From the NCBI RefSeq assembly GCF_020745735.1, contig NC_083433.1:21649363-21713362 (forward strand): a stretch of 64,000 nt of DNA. Reading direction: 5' to 3'. A model generated the notes under the pieces. It searched no databases, was not told the origin of the DNA, and saw only the letters and a list, made by a program, of their open reading frames with translations. Position 1 is the stretch's first letter. Each line of letters begins with the position of its first letter. The stretch comes from Hemiscyllium ocellatum. Taxonomy: Eukaryota. Positions 33,167 through 44,942 of the stretch are shown here, piece after piece. The translations under genes and the position numbers were made by a program.

Positions 33167-34808
33167 CACACCAATGGAGAGCATTCCAGAGCTGAGGGCC
33201 ACGCAGGAATGATGGAGCAATTAAATAAGTGACACACAAGAACAAGGATTAGACTAATTATCTTTGGCACTCTGGAGCTGGTGAAATTCGTCAGAAGGGT
33301 GTGGACATGGAGGTATTGAAAATAATTTTAAAATCAAAATAATGTTAGACGTGGAAGTGGTTGAACAGTGAGCACAAGTGTTGAGAGATTCGGTGTGAAT
33401 TTGGGTACAGGACCAGCATGAGTTTGAGTCGAGAGTGTAGTTGAATGGCTGGCAAGGGGGCAACGGAATACTGCAGTCGAGTTGAAAGAACAGGTGAGGA
33501 TTTCAGTAGCAGATTAGCTGAAGCTCGGACAAGATGGAAATAGACAGTAAGAGCCACTTTTATGGAAGCTCATCTCAAACAAATCAGATGTAATGGTTAC
33601 AGATTATCTCAATCTAGACAAGTGTCCTGAACTGATAAGGATGTTAGAGAAGCTGCGCATTTCAAGATAGCAGAAGATACATTTTTCTGACTTTGCTACC
33701 TTTACAGTAACCAACCTGGGGTGTGTCAGCCACCTAAATGTTACCTATTTGTATTTCTTGAACTGCATTGCTTGTCTGTTGCTGAAACCTTTGTTAGCTC
33801 ATACTCCACTATTGCAGTGCACTCTTCCTGTTGTCCCACATTCTAATCTCTGTAAACGTGATGTCATCCAAAACTCTGCCTGTCATTAACTCTCAGAAAA
33901 GCCTACTCCTCTATTGTCTCTTTCTGCTCACTGGTCAAAATTAGCACCCAGTCTTAATTTTAAAATGAGCATCCCTGATTTCAAAACCCGCCTGCCTCAT
34001 AACTCACCTGACCTAATTCTGTAATTTAGTCCAGCCTCTCATCTGTTTTCCTGAATCAAATTCTTGTGCATTTTCAGTCATAAATGCATTAACATTGGTG
34101 GCCGTGACTTGAGTTACTCTGGTTCCATGCTTTACAATTCCCTTCATGTATACAACATAAATAGGAGCAGGAGTGGTCTTTTGGCCCCTCAAGCCTCTGA
34201 GGCCATTCAGTGTACAACTGAGGGCGAATCTGCCCAGGCCTCAACTTCTACTCTTTGCTTCTGCCTATTCCTATTCTGCTTCCTATCTAGAAGCCAGTTC
34301 TCTATCTATGCCTGGCCCCAATTCCATGCACTTTAATTTTATATTCTGATCAATTCTGTGGGTCCTTAGTTGAACGCTTTCTGAAAATCTAAGTAAACCG
34401 CATCCAATGCCCCTATCCCCCAACACCATCATCAACTCTACTAATTATAACCAAAAAAAAATTCCAGTAGATTTGTTGAGCCTGGTTTCCCTTTTGTGGA
34501 TCCATGTTCACGTTGATCTTGTTACTGTTTTCCAAGTGCTATGCTATTAAGTATTTTATAATGGACTTCAGTATTTTCCCACAATCGATGTTAGATTGAC
34601 CATTAACAAGAACCATCCTGGGTCTGTTTTGTGTTTCGCTTTATATCCAGAAGTGCTCTTGCAACATCCGAATGTTGGTTTTCACTCCCCACCCCCATGT
34701 CAAGTCACTATGTAGCCAAGTGGATATTTGTCTGTAAAGCCCATTAAGAGCAATGCAAACCATCAAAAGTGAGGTAGGGGGAGCGGCAAGTGGCTAACCG
34801 GGTCTGTT

Positions 34809-35090
34809 TTAGATTACTTAGTGTGGAAACAGGCCCTTTGGCCCAACAAGTCCCCACCGACCGGCCAAAGCGCAACCCACCCACACCCATTCCCCCTACA
34901 TCTAAAACTATGGGCAATTTAGCATGGCTAAATTCACCTAACCCTCACATTTTTGGACTGTGGGAGGAAACTGGAGCAAACCCGCGCAGACACGGGGAGA
35001 ATGTGCAAACTCCACACAGTCACCTGAGGTGAGAATTGAACCCAGGTCTGTGGTGCTGTGAGGCAGCAGTGCTAACCACTGTGCCACCCA
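34809..35090 (-). mobile_element. HE1-like V-SINE
   Basis: Tail, V domain and head on the reverse strand. Confidence 0.85.
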
Positions 35091-36583
35091 CTGCCTCACA
35101 ACTGAACAGCTTTCCCACCACTAAATCACTGTGACTTTTTATTTACCAATGCCACCAGTAAATCGCCCATGTTGCTGATTAGAAATTTACATGCAGCCTC
35201 CATTATGGGCAATGCAGATATAAGTATGTTGGGGGTGGGGTGAGGTGGAGGGGATGGTGGAGGAGGAGGAGGAGGATGGAAATGTGTTAGGTACTTTTCC
35301 CGAAGTTTCTCACACGTGATGCACTTCACTCTCACACCAACCTCTGCACACAGTTAACGTTTATTAAAGCGTGTACCAGCTAGGTGACCCCCTTTGACCC
35401 TCTTCGCAGGTATGCCAAGTCGAGTCAGTGAGGCCCTCAACAAGGAAAACACATCCCCTTTATACAGGTCAGTTGGCCATGCTTACAGATGCTCTGGCCT
35501 CTCCCTCACAGTCACATGCCACTCAATACAGCCCCATTCACTCCCTCACAGTCAGATGTTACCCCAGGTACAATGCGAGGATGGTATCCAGATAATGTAA
35601 ATGTAAATGCCCTAATCTTGGGGAATCGTTGTGCAGACTCTTCCCTGACTCAGAGATTTCCCCAAGACAATGTAGGTGTGAGGTGTCCTAGCTTTGGGGA
35701 ATGGCTAGAAAGCATTTCTGAATGGAAGCGATTGAATGAGAGTTTAATTCATTCAACACTCATTCAATGAGGAGGTTTAGTAGCAAACGACTGCCTAATT
35801 GGAGTGGGGGTCCTCCGCATTCCTGCTTGACTATCATCGCCACCCACTTCCAGAATGTTCACTCAGTGCAGTTTAACTCTTTAATATTAATGTCCAGAGA
35901 GAGAGAGATTCTCATTAATCTTTTAACTTTATAGAATGGGGCAAAGTCAAAATGGTTTCAGTGGGCTGAGTCTGTTTTGTTTTCAAATCGACCGGTTCAG
36001 AAATGTGAAAACATATTTCTGGGGCAGGTGAGGTGTTAACGCAGGCATTCTGATCCTGAGGTAGAGACATCACTGGTTTAGCTTTTATTTCTTTTTAATT
36101 AACCTATTCTGGGATGCTATCACATACCTTTGGAACAGAATGGGCCTTGAACCTGGGCCTCCTGGCCCAAAGGTAGGGACACAACCATTGTGTCATAAGA
36201 GCCCTAGCCGGGTCTGCTTTATTTATTCTATTTTGTACATCACGCTGCTCATATTATTACACATCTGAAGAAGGTGGGGTCTTCAACTTGGGCTGCCTTG
36301 TTCAGGGATGACCACTGCACTACGAGTGGATCGACTTATATTTCTAATCAACTTGGTCAGGGATGTGATTACATGCCTCTCAAACAGGTGGAGTTTGAAC
36401 AGGAGCCTATGGGTCTAGTGGTAGTCCCTTTTAATTGAAATTGTATTAATTAATCACAGGTCATTCTTCTCTGGATCTCTGCATTTTTGCCTTTAAACTA
36501 TAAATTTCAAAATAAAGGTATGACAAATTACAAGTGATTTTAAAACTCTCAAAATATTCAGTCAGTTCTTTCTTCTTATAGTG

Positions 36584-39240
36584 TCATAGAGATGTACAGC
36601 ATGAAAACAGACCCTTTGGTCCAACCTGTCCATGCTGACCAGATATCCCAACCCAATCTAGTCCCTCTGGCCCATATCCCTCCAATCCCTTCCTATTCAT
36701 ATACCCATCCAAATGCCTCTTAAATGTTGCAATTGTACCAGCCTCCACCACATCCTCTGGCAGTTCATTCCATACACGTACCATCCTCTGTGTGAAAAAG
36801 TTGCCCCTTAGGTCTCTTTTATATCTTTCCCCTCTCACCTCAAACCTATGCCCTCTAGTTCTGGACTCCCTGACCCCAGGGAAAAGACTTTTGTTTATTT
36901 ATCCTATCCATGCCCCTCATAATTTTGTAAACCTCTATAAGGCCACCCCTCGGCTTCCAATGCTCCAGGGAAAACAGCCCCAGCCTCTCCCTGTAGCTCA
37001 GATCCTCCAACCCTGGCAACATCCTTGTAAATCTTTTCTGAACCCTTTCAAGTTTCACAACATCTTTCCAATAGGAAGGAGATCAGAATTGCATGCAATA
37101 TTCCAACAATGGCCTAACTAATGTCGTGTACAGCCGCAACATGACCTCCCAACTCCTGTACTCAGTACTCTGACCAATAAAGGAAAGCATACCAAACGCC
37201 GCCTTCACTATCCTATCTACCTGCGATTCCACTTTCAAGGAGCTATGAACCTGCAATCCAAGGTCTCTTTGTTCAGCAACACTCCCTAGAACCTTACCAT
37301 TAAGTGTATAAATCCTGCTAAGATTTGCTTTCCCAAAATGCAGCACCTTGCATTTATCTGAATTAAACTCCACCTGCCACTTCTCAGCCCATTGGCCCAT
37401 CTGGTCCAGATCCTGTTGTAATCTGAGATGACCCTCTTCTCTGTCCACTACACCTCCAATTTTGGTGTCATCTGCAAACTTACTAACTATACCTCTTATG
37501 CTCACATCCAAATCATTTATGTAAATGACAAAAAGTAGAGGGCCCAGCACCGATCCTTGTGGCACTCCCGTCTGAAAAACAACCCTCCACCACCACCCTC
37601 TGTCTTCTACCTTTGAGCCAGTTCTGTATCCAAATGGCTAGTTCTCCCTGTATTCCATGAGACCTAACCTTGCTAATCAGTGTCCCATGGGGAACCTTGT
37701 CGAATGCCTTACTGAAGTCCATATAGATCACATCTACTGCTCTGCCCTCATCAATCTTCTTTGTTACTTCCTCAAAAAAACTCAATCAAGTTTGTGAGAC
37801 ATGATTTCCCACGCACAAAGCCATGTTGACTATCCTGAATCAGTCCTTGCCTTTCCAAATACATGTACATCCTGTTCCTCAGGATCCCCTCCAACAACTT
37901 GCCCACCACTGAGGACAGGCTCACTGGTCTATAGTTCCCTGGCTTGTCTTTACCACCCTTCTTAAACAGTAGCCAACCTCCAGTCTTCCGGTACCTCACC
38001 TGTGACTATCGATGATACAAATATCTCAGCAAGAGGCCCAGCAATCACTTCTCTAGCTTCCCACAGAGTTCTCGGTTACACCTGATCAGGTCCTGGGGAT
38101 TTATCCACCTTTAACCATTTCAAGACATCCAGCACTTCCTCCTCTGTAATAGGGACATTTTGCAAGATGTCACCATCTATTTCCCTACAGTCCATCTATT
38201 TCCCTTCCATATCCTTATCCACAGTAAATACTGATGCAAAATATTCATTTAGTATCTCTCCCATTTTCTGTGGCTCCACACAAAGGCTGCCTTGCTGATC
38301 TTTGAGGGGCCCTATTCTCTCCCTAGTTACTCTTTTGTCCTTAATATATTTGTAAAAACCATTTGGATTCTCCTTAAAGCTATCACATGTCCCCGTTTTG
38401 CCCTCCTGATTTCCCTCTTAAGTATACTCCTACTTCCTTTTTAATCTTCTAAGGATTCACTCGATTTATCCAGTCTATACCTGATACATGCTTCCTTCTT
38501 TTTCTTAACCAAACCCTCAATTTCTTTACTCATTCAGCATTCCCTATACCTACCATCCTTCCCTTCCACCCTGACAGGAATATACTTTCTCTGGATTCTT
38601 GTTATCTCATTTCTGAAGGCTTCCCATTTTCCAGCCGCCCCTTTACCTATAAACATCTGCTTCCAATCAGCTTTCGAAAGTTCTTGCCTAATACCGTCAA
38701 AATCGGCCTTTCTCCAACTTAGAACTTCAACTTTTAGATCTGGTCTATCCTTTTCCATCACTTTTAAAACGAATGGAATTGTGGTTGCTGGCCCCAAAGT
38801 GCTCCCCCACTGACACCTCAGTCACCTGCCCTGCCTTATTTCCCAAGAGTAGGTCAAGTTTTGCACCTTCTCTAGTAGGTACATGCACATACTGAGTCAG
38901 AAAATTGTCTTGTACACACTTAACACATTCCTCTCCATCTAAACCCTTAACACTGTGGCAGAATACCCTACCATAACCACCCAATTATTCTTAAAGATAG
39001 CGGAGATCTCATTGCAAGTTTGTTTCTCAATTTCCCTCTGACTATTGGGGAGTCTATAATACAATCCTAATAAGGTGATCATCCTGTTCTTATTTCTCAG
39101 TTCTACCCAAGTAACTTCCCTGGATGTATTTCCGGGAATATCCTCCCTCAGCACAGCTGCAATGCTATCCCTTATCAAAAATGTCACTCCCCCTCCTCTC
39201 TCGCCTCCTTGTCTATCCTTCCTGTAGCATTTGTATCCTG
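36584..39240 (-). mobile_element. CR1/HER1-like LINE (endonuclease, RT, 3' end) in DESI1 intron 1
   Basis: NYRPVSLSSVVGKLLE, YMDFSKAFDKVPH, PQGSVLGPLLF, FADD, LERVQKRFTRMLPG. Confidence 0.93.
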
Positions 39241-39519
39241 TTGTTGGAGTTAACCAACCACTTGGTCAGTGTGCTAGAAGGAGTGAACAGCTGGACCTCA
39301 GTGAGTCAGAAAGATGGAATTATCAAAAAATTAACATCTTTAGGAAAAAAGCAGACCATTTGATACATTATTCTCCTCAGCTCTGATACCATTGTCTCTC
39401 TTTAATTATGCCTTGGTCCTGTTCTGTCTCTGTGTGTTCTTTTCTCTCTTGTCGACTATCGTCCTATTTTCTCCATTGCACCCACCTTATGGGCTTACTG
39501 GGCTGAAATGAGTTCCGTT

Positions 39520-39717
39520 TCGGGTGCTCCGGTTTCCTCCCACAGTCCAAAGATTTGCGGGTCAGGTGAATTGCCCATGCTAAATTGTCCGTAGTGTTAG
39601 GTGAAGGGGTAAATGTAGGGGTATGGGTGGGTTGCGCTTCGGCGGGTCGGTGTGGACTTGTTGGGCCGAAGGGCCTGTTTCCACACTGTAAGTAATCTAA
39701 TCTAATCTAATCTAATC
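39520..39717 (+). mobile_element. 5'-truncated V-SINE with (TCTAA)n tail
   Basis: 3' half matches the 5986 copy. Confidence 0.85.
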
Positions 39718-40213
39718 AAATGATAAACACCTACTCCAAACACGTTCTCTTCTAGTATTTGCAATTTCTTGAATTCATTGCTTGACTCAGTCTTTCTCTC
39801 AGAATATTTAAGCTTTTGAAACACAGTATTCCCATATCCAGTGTTACCTAAACTTTTTCCCCGTTGTGACTGTATGAGACTTGTGAATTTCAGTGACTGC
39901 TCATTGAGCGCAGGGTGGTTGAGGAGCTGAGACTGGGGTGAGGGCAGCACTGGGACAGAAATCACAAACTTCTGGCCTCTGAACCAATCACAGCAGGCCC
40001 TGATGTAACCCACATCCATGGCTGGGCTTGGAGCAGGATGCGAAGCTAGGGAGAGGGGACTTTGAGAATCCTACCTCTTCAGTTTTTTTTAAAAATTTGA
40101 AGCAGGACTCAAGTTCACGAATGCTCTATTAGGCCGTATTCAGTTTTAATTTAAAACCAAGGCTTTAATGAGGCGCCTCAGCTGCATGGCAACTGCTGTC
40201 GGCTCGGAGCTCC

Positions 40214-40530
40214 TTAGACTTAGACTTAGACTTAGTGTGGAAACAGGCCCTTCGGCCCAACAAGTCCACACCGACCCGCCGAAGCGCAACCCACCCATAC
40301 CCCTACATTTACCCCTTACCTAACACAACGGGCAATTTAGCTTGGCCAATTCACCTGACCCGCACATCTTTGTGACTGTGGGAGGAAACCGGAGCACCCG
40401 GAGGAAACCCACGCAGACACGGGGAGAACGTGCAAACTCCACACAGTCAGTCGCCTGAGTCGGGAATTGAACCCGGGTCTACAGGCGCTGTGAGGCAGCA
40501 GTGCTAACCACTGTGCCACCGTGCCGCCCA
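40214..40530 (-). mobile_element. HE1-like V-SINE, full length, 270 bp upstream of DESI1 exon 2
   Basis: Near-consensus reverse-strand copy. Confidence 0.9.
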
Positions 40531-40800
40531 CCAATTGCCGTAACCCACAGTTTGGGATGCTGTGCCCTCATTACTTGCCTCCTGATTTAAACCATCACTT
40601 TATCAATCTTTCTTTCTTTTCTTCCTTTCTTAATATCCTGCTTAGTGGTTATGGTCCTTTACCCAAGTTAGTCAGTGCAAAGTAATCCCTAATTTGGTGT
40701 TTGATCAGAGTTTGCAGTTAAAATCCAGTCTGCTAATTTTTGATCATCCTCACCTGCTGTTCTGACACTTACCCATCTTCTTTTGTTCTTCTCAAAACAG

Positions 40801-40822
40801 GAAAACAGCTTGATGGAATATG
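40801..40822 (+). CDS. DESI1: DESI1 coding exon 2, 22-nt microexon (G-KQLDGI-W)
   Basis: Polypyrimidine tract and cag acceptor; donor gtgagt; phase compatible with exons 1 and 3; matches GKQLEGIW. Confidence 0.95.
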
Positions 40823-40947
40823 GTGAGTTAATCTGTGAAATTTTCAAAACTAGTCTTTCACTTCAACAATCAAAGAGTTGTATATTTATGCATTAAAATA
40901 ATCATTGCATGTGTGTCTATTTAAATGTGAATTTGTTCCTCCTTAAG

Positions 40948-41017
40948 GCACACTGCAATAGTTGTCAACGGAGAGGAATTCTTCTATGGGTCGGGTGGAA
41001 TTGCTAATTGTCAGCCA
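40948..41017 (+). CDS. DESI1: DESI1 coding exon 3 (HTAIVVNGEEFFYGSGGIANCQP), contains catalytic His37
   Basis: ag/gt boundaries; 70 nt; PPPDE-domain WHT..V motif. Confidence 0.96.
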
Positions 41018-42508
41018 GTGAGTATTTTCTTTCTACTTTCTGAATGTTTTATTCATCCATACTTGCCTCATCTTCAACTGATTTCATGTTTGTGCATCAA
41101 CCCTCCTCTCAAAGGGGTAAATGAAGCTGAATACCAGCCAATGCAGCAATTCATTTTCAAAAGAAATTCTCCTACAGTCCACAAGCACAATTGGGAAAAC
41201 CCATCTCCAGAATAGAATTGATTCTTGCTTTTGAATACTATGATCATCATGTTTTCTGGAAATCCATCAAATGTCATCTTTGGGAGCATGTGACTTAGGT
41301 CATTGTCTCTCGAGCTGGCTTCGCCGTTAAGGTCACAGATCACCTGTGACCATAACTCCACAAATTTCATCTACTCCCATCTATCCAAATCTATCTGTGC
41401 CTTAAAAGTATCCACAGTACTCTACGCAATAGAGAGTTTCAAGTCCCTCAAGGAGAAAATTCCTCATTTCCATCTTAAATGGGAGATCCCTCATTTTTAA
41501 AGTGTGTTCCCCAGTTCTTATCTGACCCATAAAGAGAAGCATCCTTTCAGTGTCTATCAATCAGTGTTAATTCCAATCAGGATTTTCTTTGAATGGGGTC
41601 ACCTTTCATTCTTGTAAACTTCAATGAGAATAGGCCCAGCCTATCCAACCTTTTCCCTACAAAGATTACCCTATCCCAGGTATCAGTTGACTGAATCGTT
41701 TTGAAACTCCTTCTAACATGACCTGCTTTACAGGAAACTAAGGACATGTCTTTCACACCCTCTTCTGGAATCTTGCTTGGCTGGTTGATCAGCTACATAG
41801 GGAAAGCTAAGACTTAATTCTGGATAGTCCTCAAACAGGTTTCTGTTTGTAAAGTTCCCTAAACCCCACCACCACAACCCAAGTATTCACAATAATGCTG
41901 TTCATTCTCTTATTAATCGTATCATGATCAAACTGAAATGCTAGGCATCAACTCTGTCTTGATAGCAGCTGTGGTGTTAATGATCAAGTTTAGGAACCCT
42001 AACAGCATTGTATCTATTTGCATCCCAAGTATTGCTGTGGTTCGAGAAGGCGGCTCACCACACCTTTTCGGGCACTGTTGGGGATGAGCAATAAACCTTG
42101 GTCAAGCCAGCATCTCCCAAATCCCGAGAGAACAAGAACAAAAAAGTCCCCATTCACTTTCTTCTCCCTGATCTAGGGATGCTGAGTTATTTTAGCTGTT
42201 TCACTCACTACGGTATCGGGGAGCTAATGTTTTGGTGATGTTCGTTGTAATGTCATCACTTACATTGCTACATTCCTTTTGACTCCATTCCTGATGAATT
42301 AAAGTCCTGATACCAACAATGTTAGAAGTATATTTGTGTTGTGTAATCTTCCCTAAATTACTGATTTGAGTGACCTATGTGGGAAGGACAGGAAATTTGA
42401 CACTTAACAAATTTATGATATTGGAATGCATTTAACCCAGTATCTGTATGATATTGTGGCCATTTTCTTTATTATAATAGTCTTGTGTTTCCTCTTTCTG
42501 TTCCCAAG

Positions 42509-42618
42509 GGAGGGACTTTACTTGGACCACCTGACTCGGTCATTGATCTGGGGACAACTGAAGTGACTGAGGAATTAATTATGGAATATTTATCCTCTCT
42601 AGGAGAGTCAGCATTCAG
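42509..42618 (+). CDS. DESI1: DESI1 coding exon 4 ([37 protein letters not shown])
   Basis: Visible in ORF 42485..42694; aag acceptor and gttagt donor; 110 nt. Confidence 0.97.
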
Positions 42619-43773
42619 GTTAGTCTGTGCTTTTGCAGTGGGCCAACTTAATGCGTTGCCTAGAACTGAATGGCAAGAATGTCCATGTCTTTGAGGTCAC
42701 TAGCAGCCATAAACAATGGCTGCACTTCCATCTGTATGTAAAATCTAGCAACTGTGCACATATCTTGTCAGGTATTTGTGTTGTAGAAAGCACTATGTAA
42801 TTGCATCTGCTGCCAATGGAGGCAATGTTGTATCAAAGGCAGATAACATTAGTGAAAAAGCCCATTTGTTTGTAGCCGCTGACTCATGTTGTGGAGGTAG
42901 CTGTGCAAGCACCACTGTAATTAGTTCATCTGTTTACAGTTTGTGTTTGAAGGATATAGTGGGTGTGCGCTCTTCGGGCAAACTGAAGTTGTAACCTCTT
43001 GGATTTGCTTAGTAGTAAACATTGAGGCCTAGTTTCTCCTTATTACGATTGCAGTAATGTCTCCTGAATATGCGTCATGTTTTTAGTTCTATGTTATATA
43101 CTATACTAGCATTCCAATGAGGTCAAAGTGGAAATTTGTTTCTTCATTCTCTGACTTTTTTTATCCAGATAGATTTTATCTACTGTAGTTGTCTGTTGTC
43201 CTCCCAAAATATGTCACTTTGTAATTTCTCCACATTGAGCTTCATGCCGTGTCTCTGCTTATTTCATCCAGAAATCAAAGCCATTTGGGTTTGGATGTTG
43301 AGTGAAGGATGAATGTTGGTGTGCTGTTCAAACAGTGCTGAGACAGCAGAGAAAGTCCTTGATTTAAAATGCCCACTCAATATCGTACTGCAGTTTCAGG
43401 CATGTTTATGTTAACGAATTATCTGATTTTATTCAATACACTGAGATTTCATCGACTTTTCATTAATATCTGAATGCATGCATTGATGCAATAAGAGCTG
43501 TGGAGTAATTGCAAAACTATTTATTTAATGCAGTAAGCATTGATCAGGTAAATATTCTTTCCTCCCTGAATCCACAGTGAAGGGTGAGGGCAAGGATTGC
43601 ACTGTCTGGGAGTGTGATGGAGACAGAATCAATTGTGGCTTTAAGGGGAGGGATGTACACAACAATGACAAAGGGTTTTGAAGGGGGCACGTGCAGGGAC
43701 AACTGTTGAATGGTACTCCGTATGGTAGCGGTTGTGATTCTGTGACATCTCTCACTTTATCATTTTGTTGCAG

Positions 43774-43896
43774 GGGAGAGTGCTACAAATTGTTCGAACA
43801 TAATTGCAATACATTCAGTAACGAAGTTTCCCAATTCCTCACTGGGAAGAAGATTCCGTCGTATATCACTGACCTGCCTTCTGAGGTTTTATCAAC
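43774..43896 (+). CDS. DESI1: DESI1 coding exon 5 ([41 protein letters not shown]), contains catalytic Cys107
   Basis: NCNTFS PPPDE motif; cag acceptor and gtgagt donor; 123 nt. Confidence 0.97.
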
Positions 43897-44046
43897 GTGA
43901 GTACACTTCCCACTGAGATGTTAATCACTCTGCCGACTACGAAGGCATTGACCCATGTTGGGCTACTGCAAGAGTCACTGAAATCTCTGCAGCATGACTA
44001 CAAAGACCACAGTCCATAGCCTTGACTTGTGATCTCTGCCCTTAAT

Positions 44047-44344
44047 GGCGGCACGGTGGCTGAATGGTTAGCACTGCTGCCTCACAGCACCAGGGTCTCA
44101 GGTTCAATCACCCCCTCGGGTGACTGTCTTGTGTGGAGTTTGCACATTCTCCCTGTGTCTGCGTCGGTTTGCTCTGGTTTCCTCCCACAGTGGGTAGGTC
44201 AGGTGAATTGGCCATGCTAAATTAGCCATAGTGCTAGGTGCATTAGAGGGAAATGGGTCTGGGTGGGTTACTCTTCGGAGGGTCAGTGTGGACTGGTTGG
44301 GCCAAAGGGCCTGTTTCCACACTGTAGGGAATCTAATCTAATCT
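44047..44344 (+). mobile_element. HE1-like V-SINE in DESI1 intron 5
   Basis: Head, V domain and tail. Confidence 0.88.
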
Positions 44345-44851
44345 TAATTTCTTTGGCCTCCATGGTCTAGAGAGGAGCTGCCAGCCAGATTCCCAGGGAT
44401 CCCTGCTGGAAAGTATATGTACTAATCTCCTGTAGGGAAGGAAATCCCATCTGGAAATCACACCGAGATGTGATTCCATACCCACAGCAGTGTGGCTGCC
44501 TTTTAACTGCCCTCTGAAATTGAAAGCCATGAATTCAAGGGCAATTATGGTTGGGTATCAAATATAGTAAGATTCACATTCCATGAAATATTAAAAGGAA
44601 AAAAGCATCATGGCAGAGTAGGAGCAGTTTTCATTGGAGCTCCCTCTGTTGAGTAACCCAGCAGCATCCGCTGCATTCACATTTAGCGATGGAGCCAGGG
44701 AATCGTTGGTGTTCACGGAATCTAATACCAGCAGAGGACAGATTTCGTTGTAAGGAAGGGAAGGGAAAAGAGACACTTTTTTTTTAAAAAAGAAAGTGAT
44801 GTTTTTACTGTAATGGCTAATATCTTTGTTCCTGTGTTATTTTTCCATCAG

Positions 44852-44942
44852 CCCTTTTGGCCAGCTCATTAAGCCCATCCTGGACTCGGTTCAGATTCAG
44901 CCGGTGGGAGGAAGCAGCTTCAACGATCAGAATCCGAGTTAG
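44852..44942 (+). CDS. DESI1: DESI1 last coding exon (PFGQLIKPILDSVQIQPVGGSSFNDQNPS*)
   Basis: cag acceptor; TAG at 44940-44942 followed by a second TAG; total CDS 501 nt = 166 aa plus stop. Confidence 0.95.
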
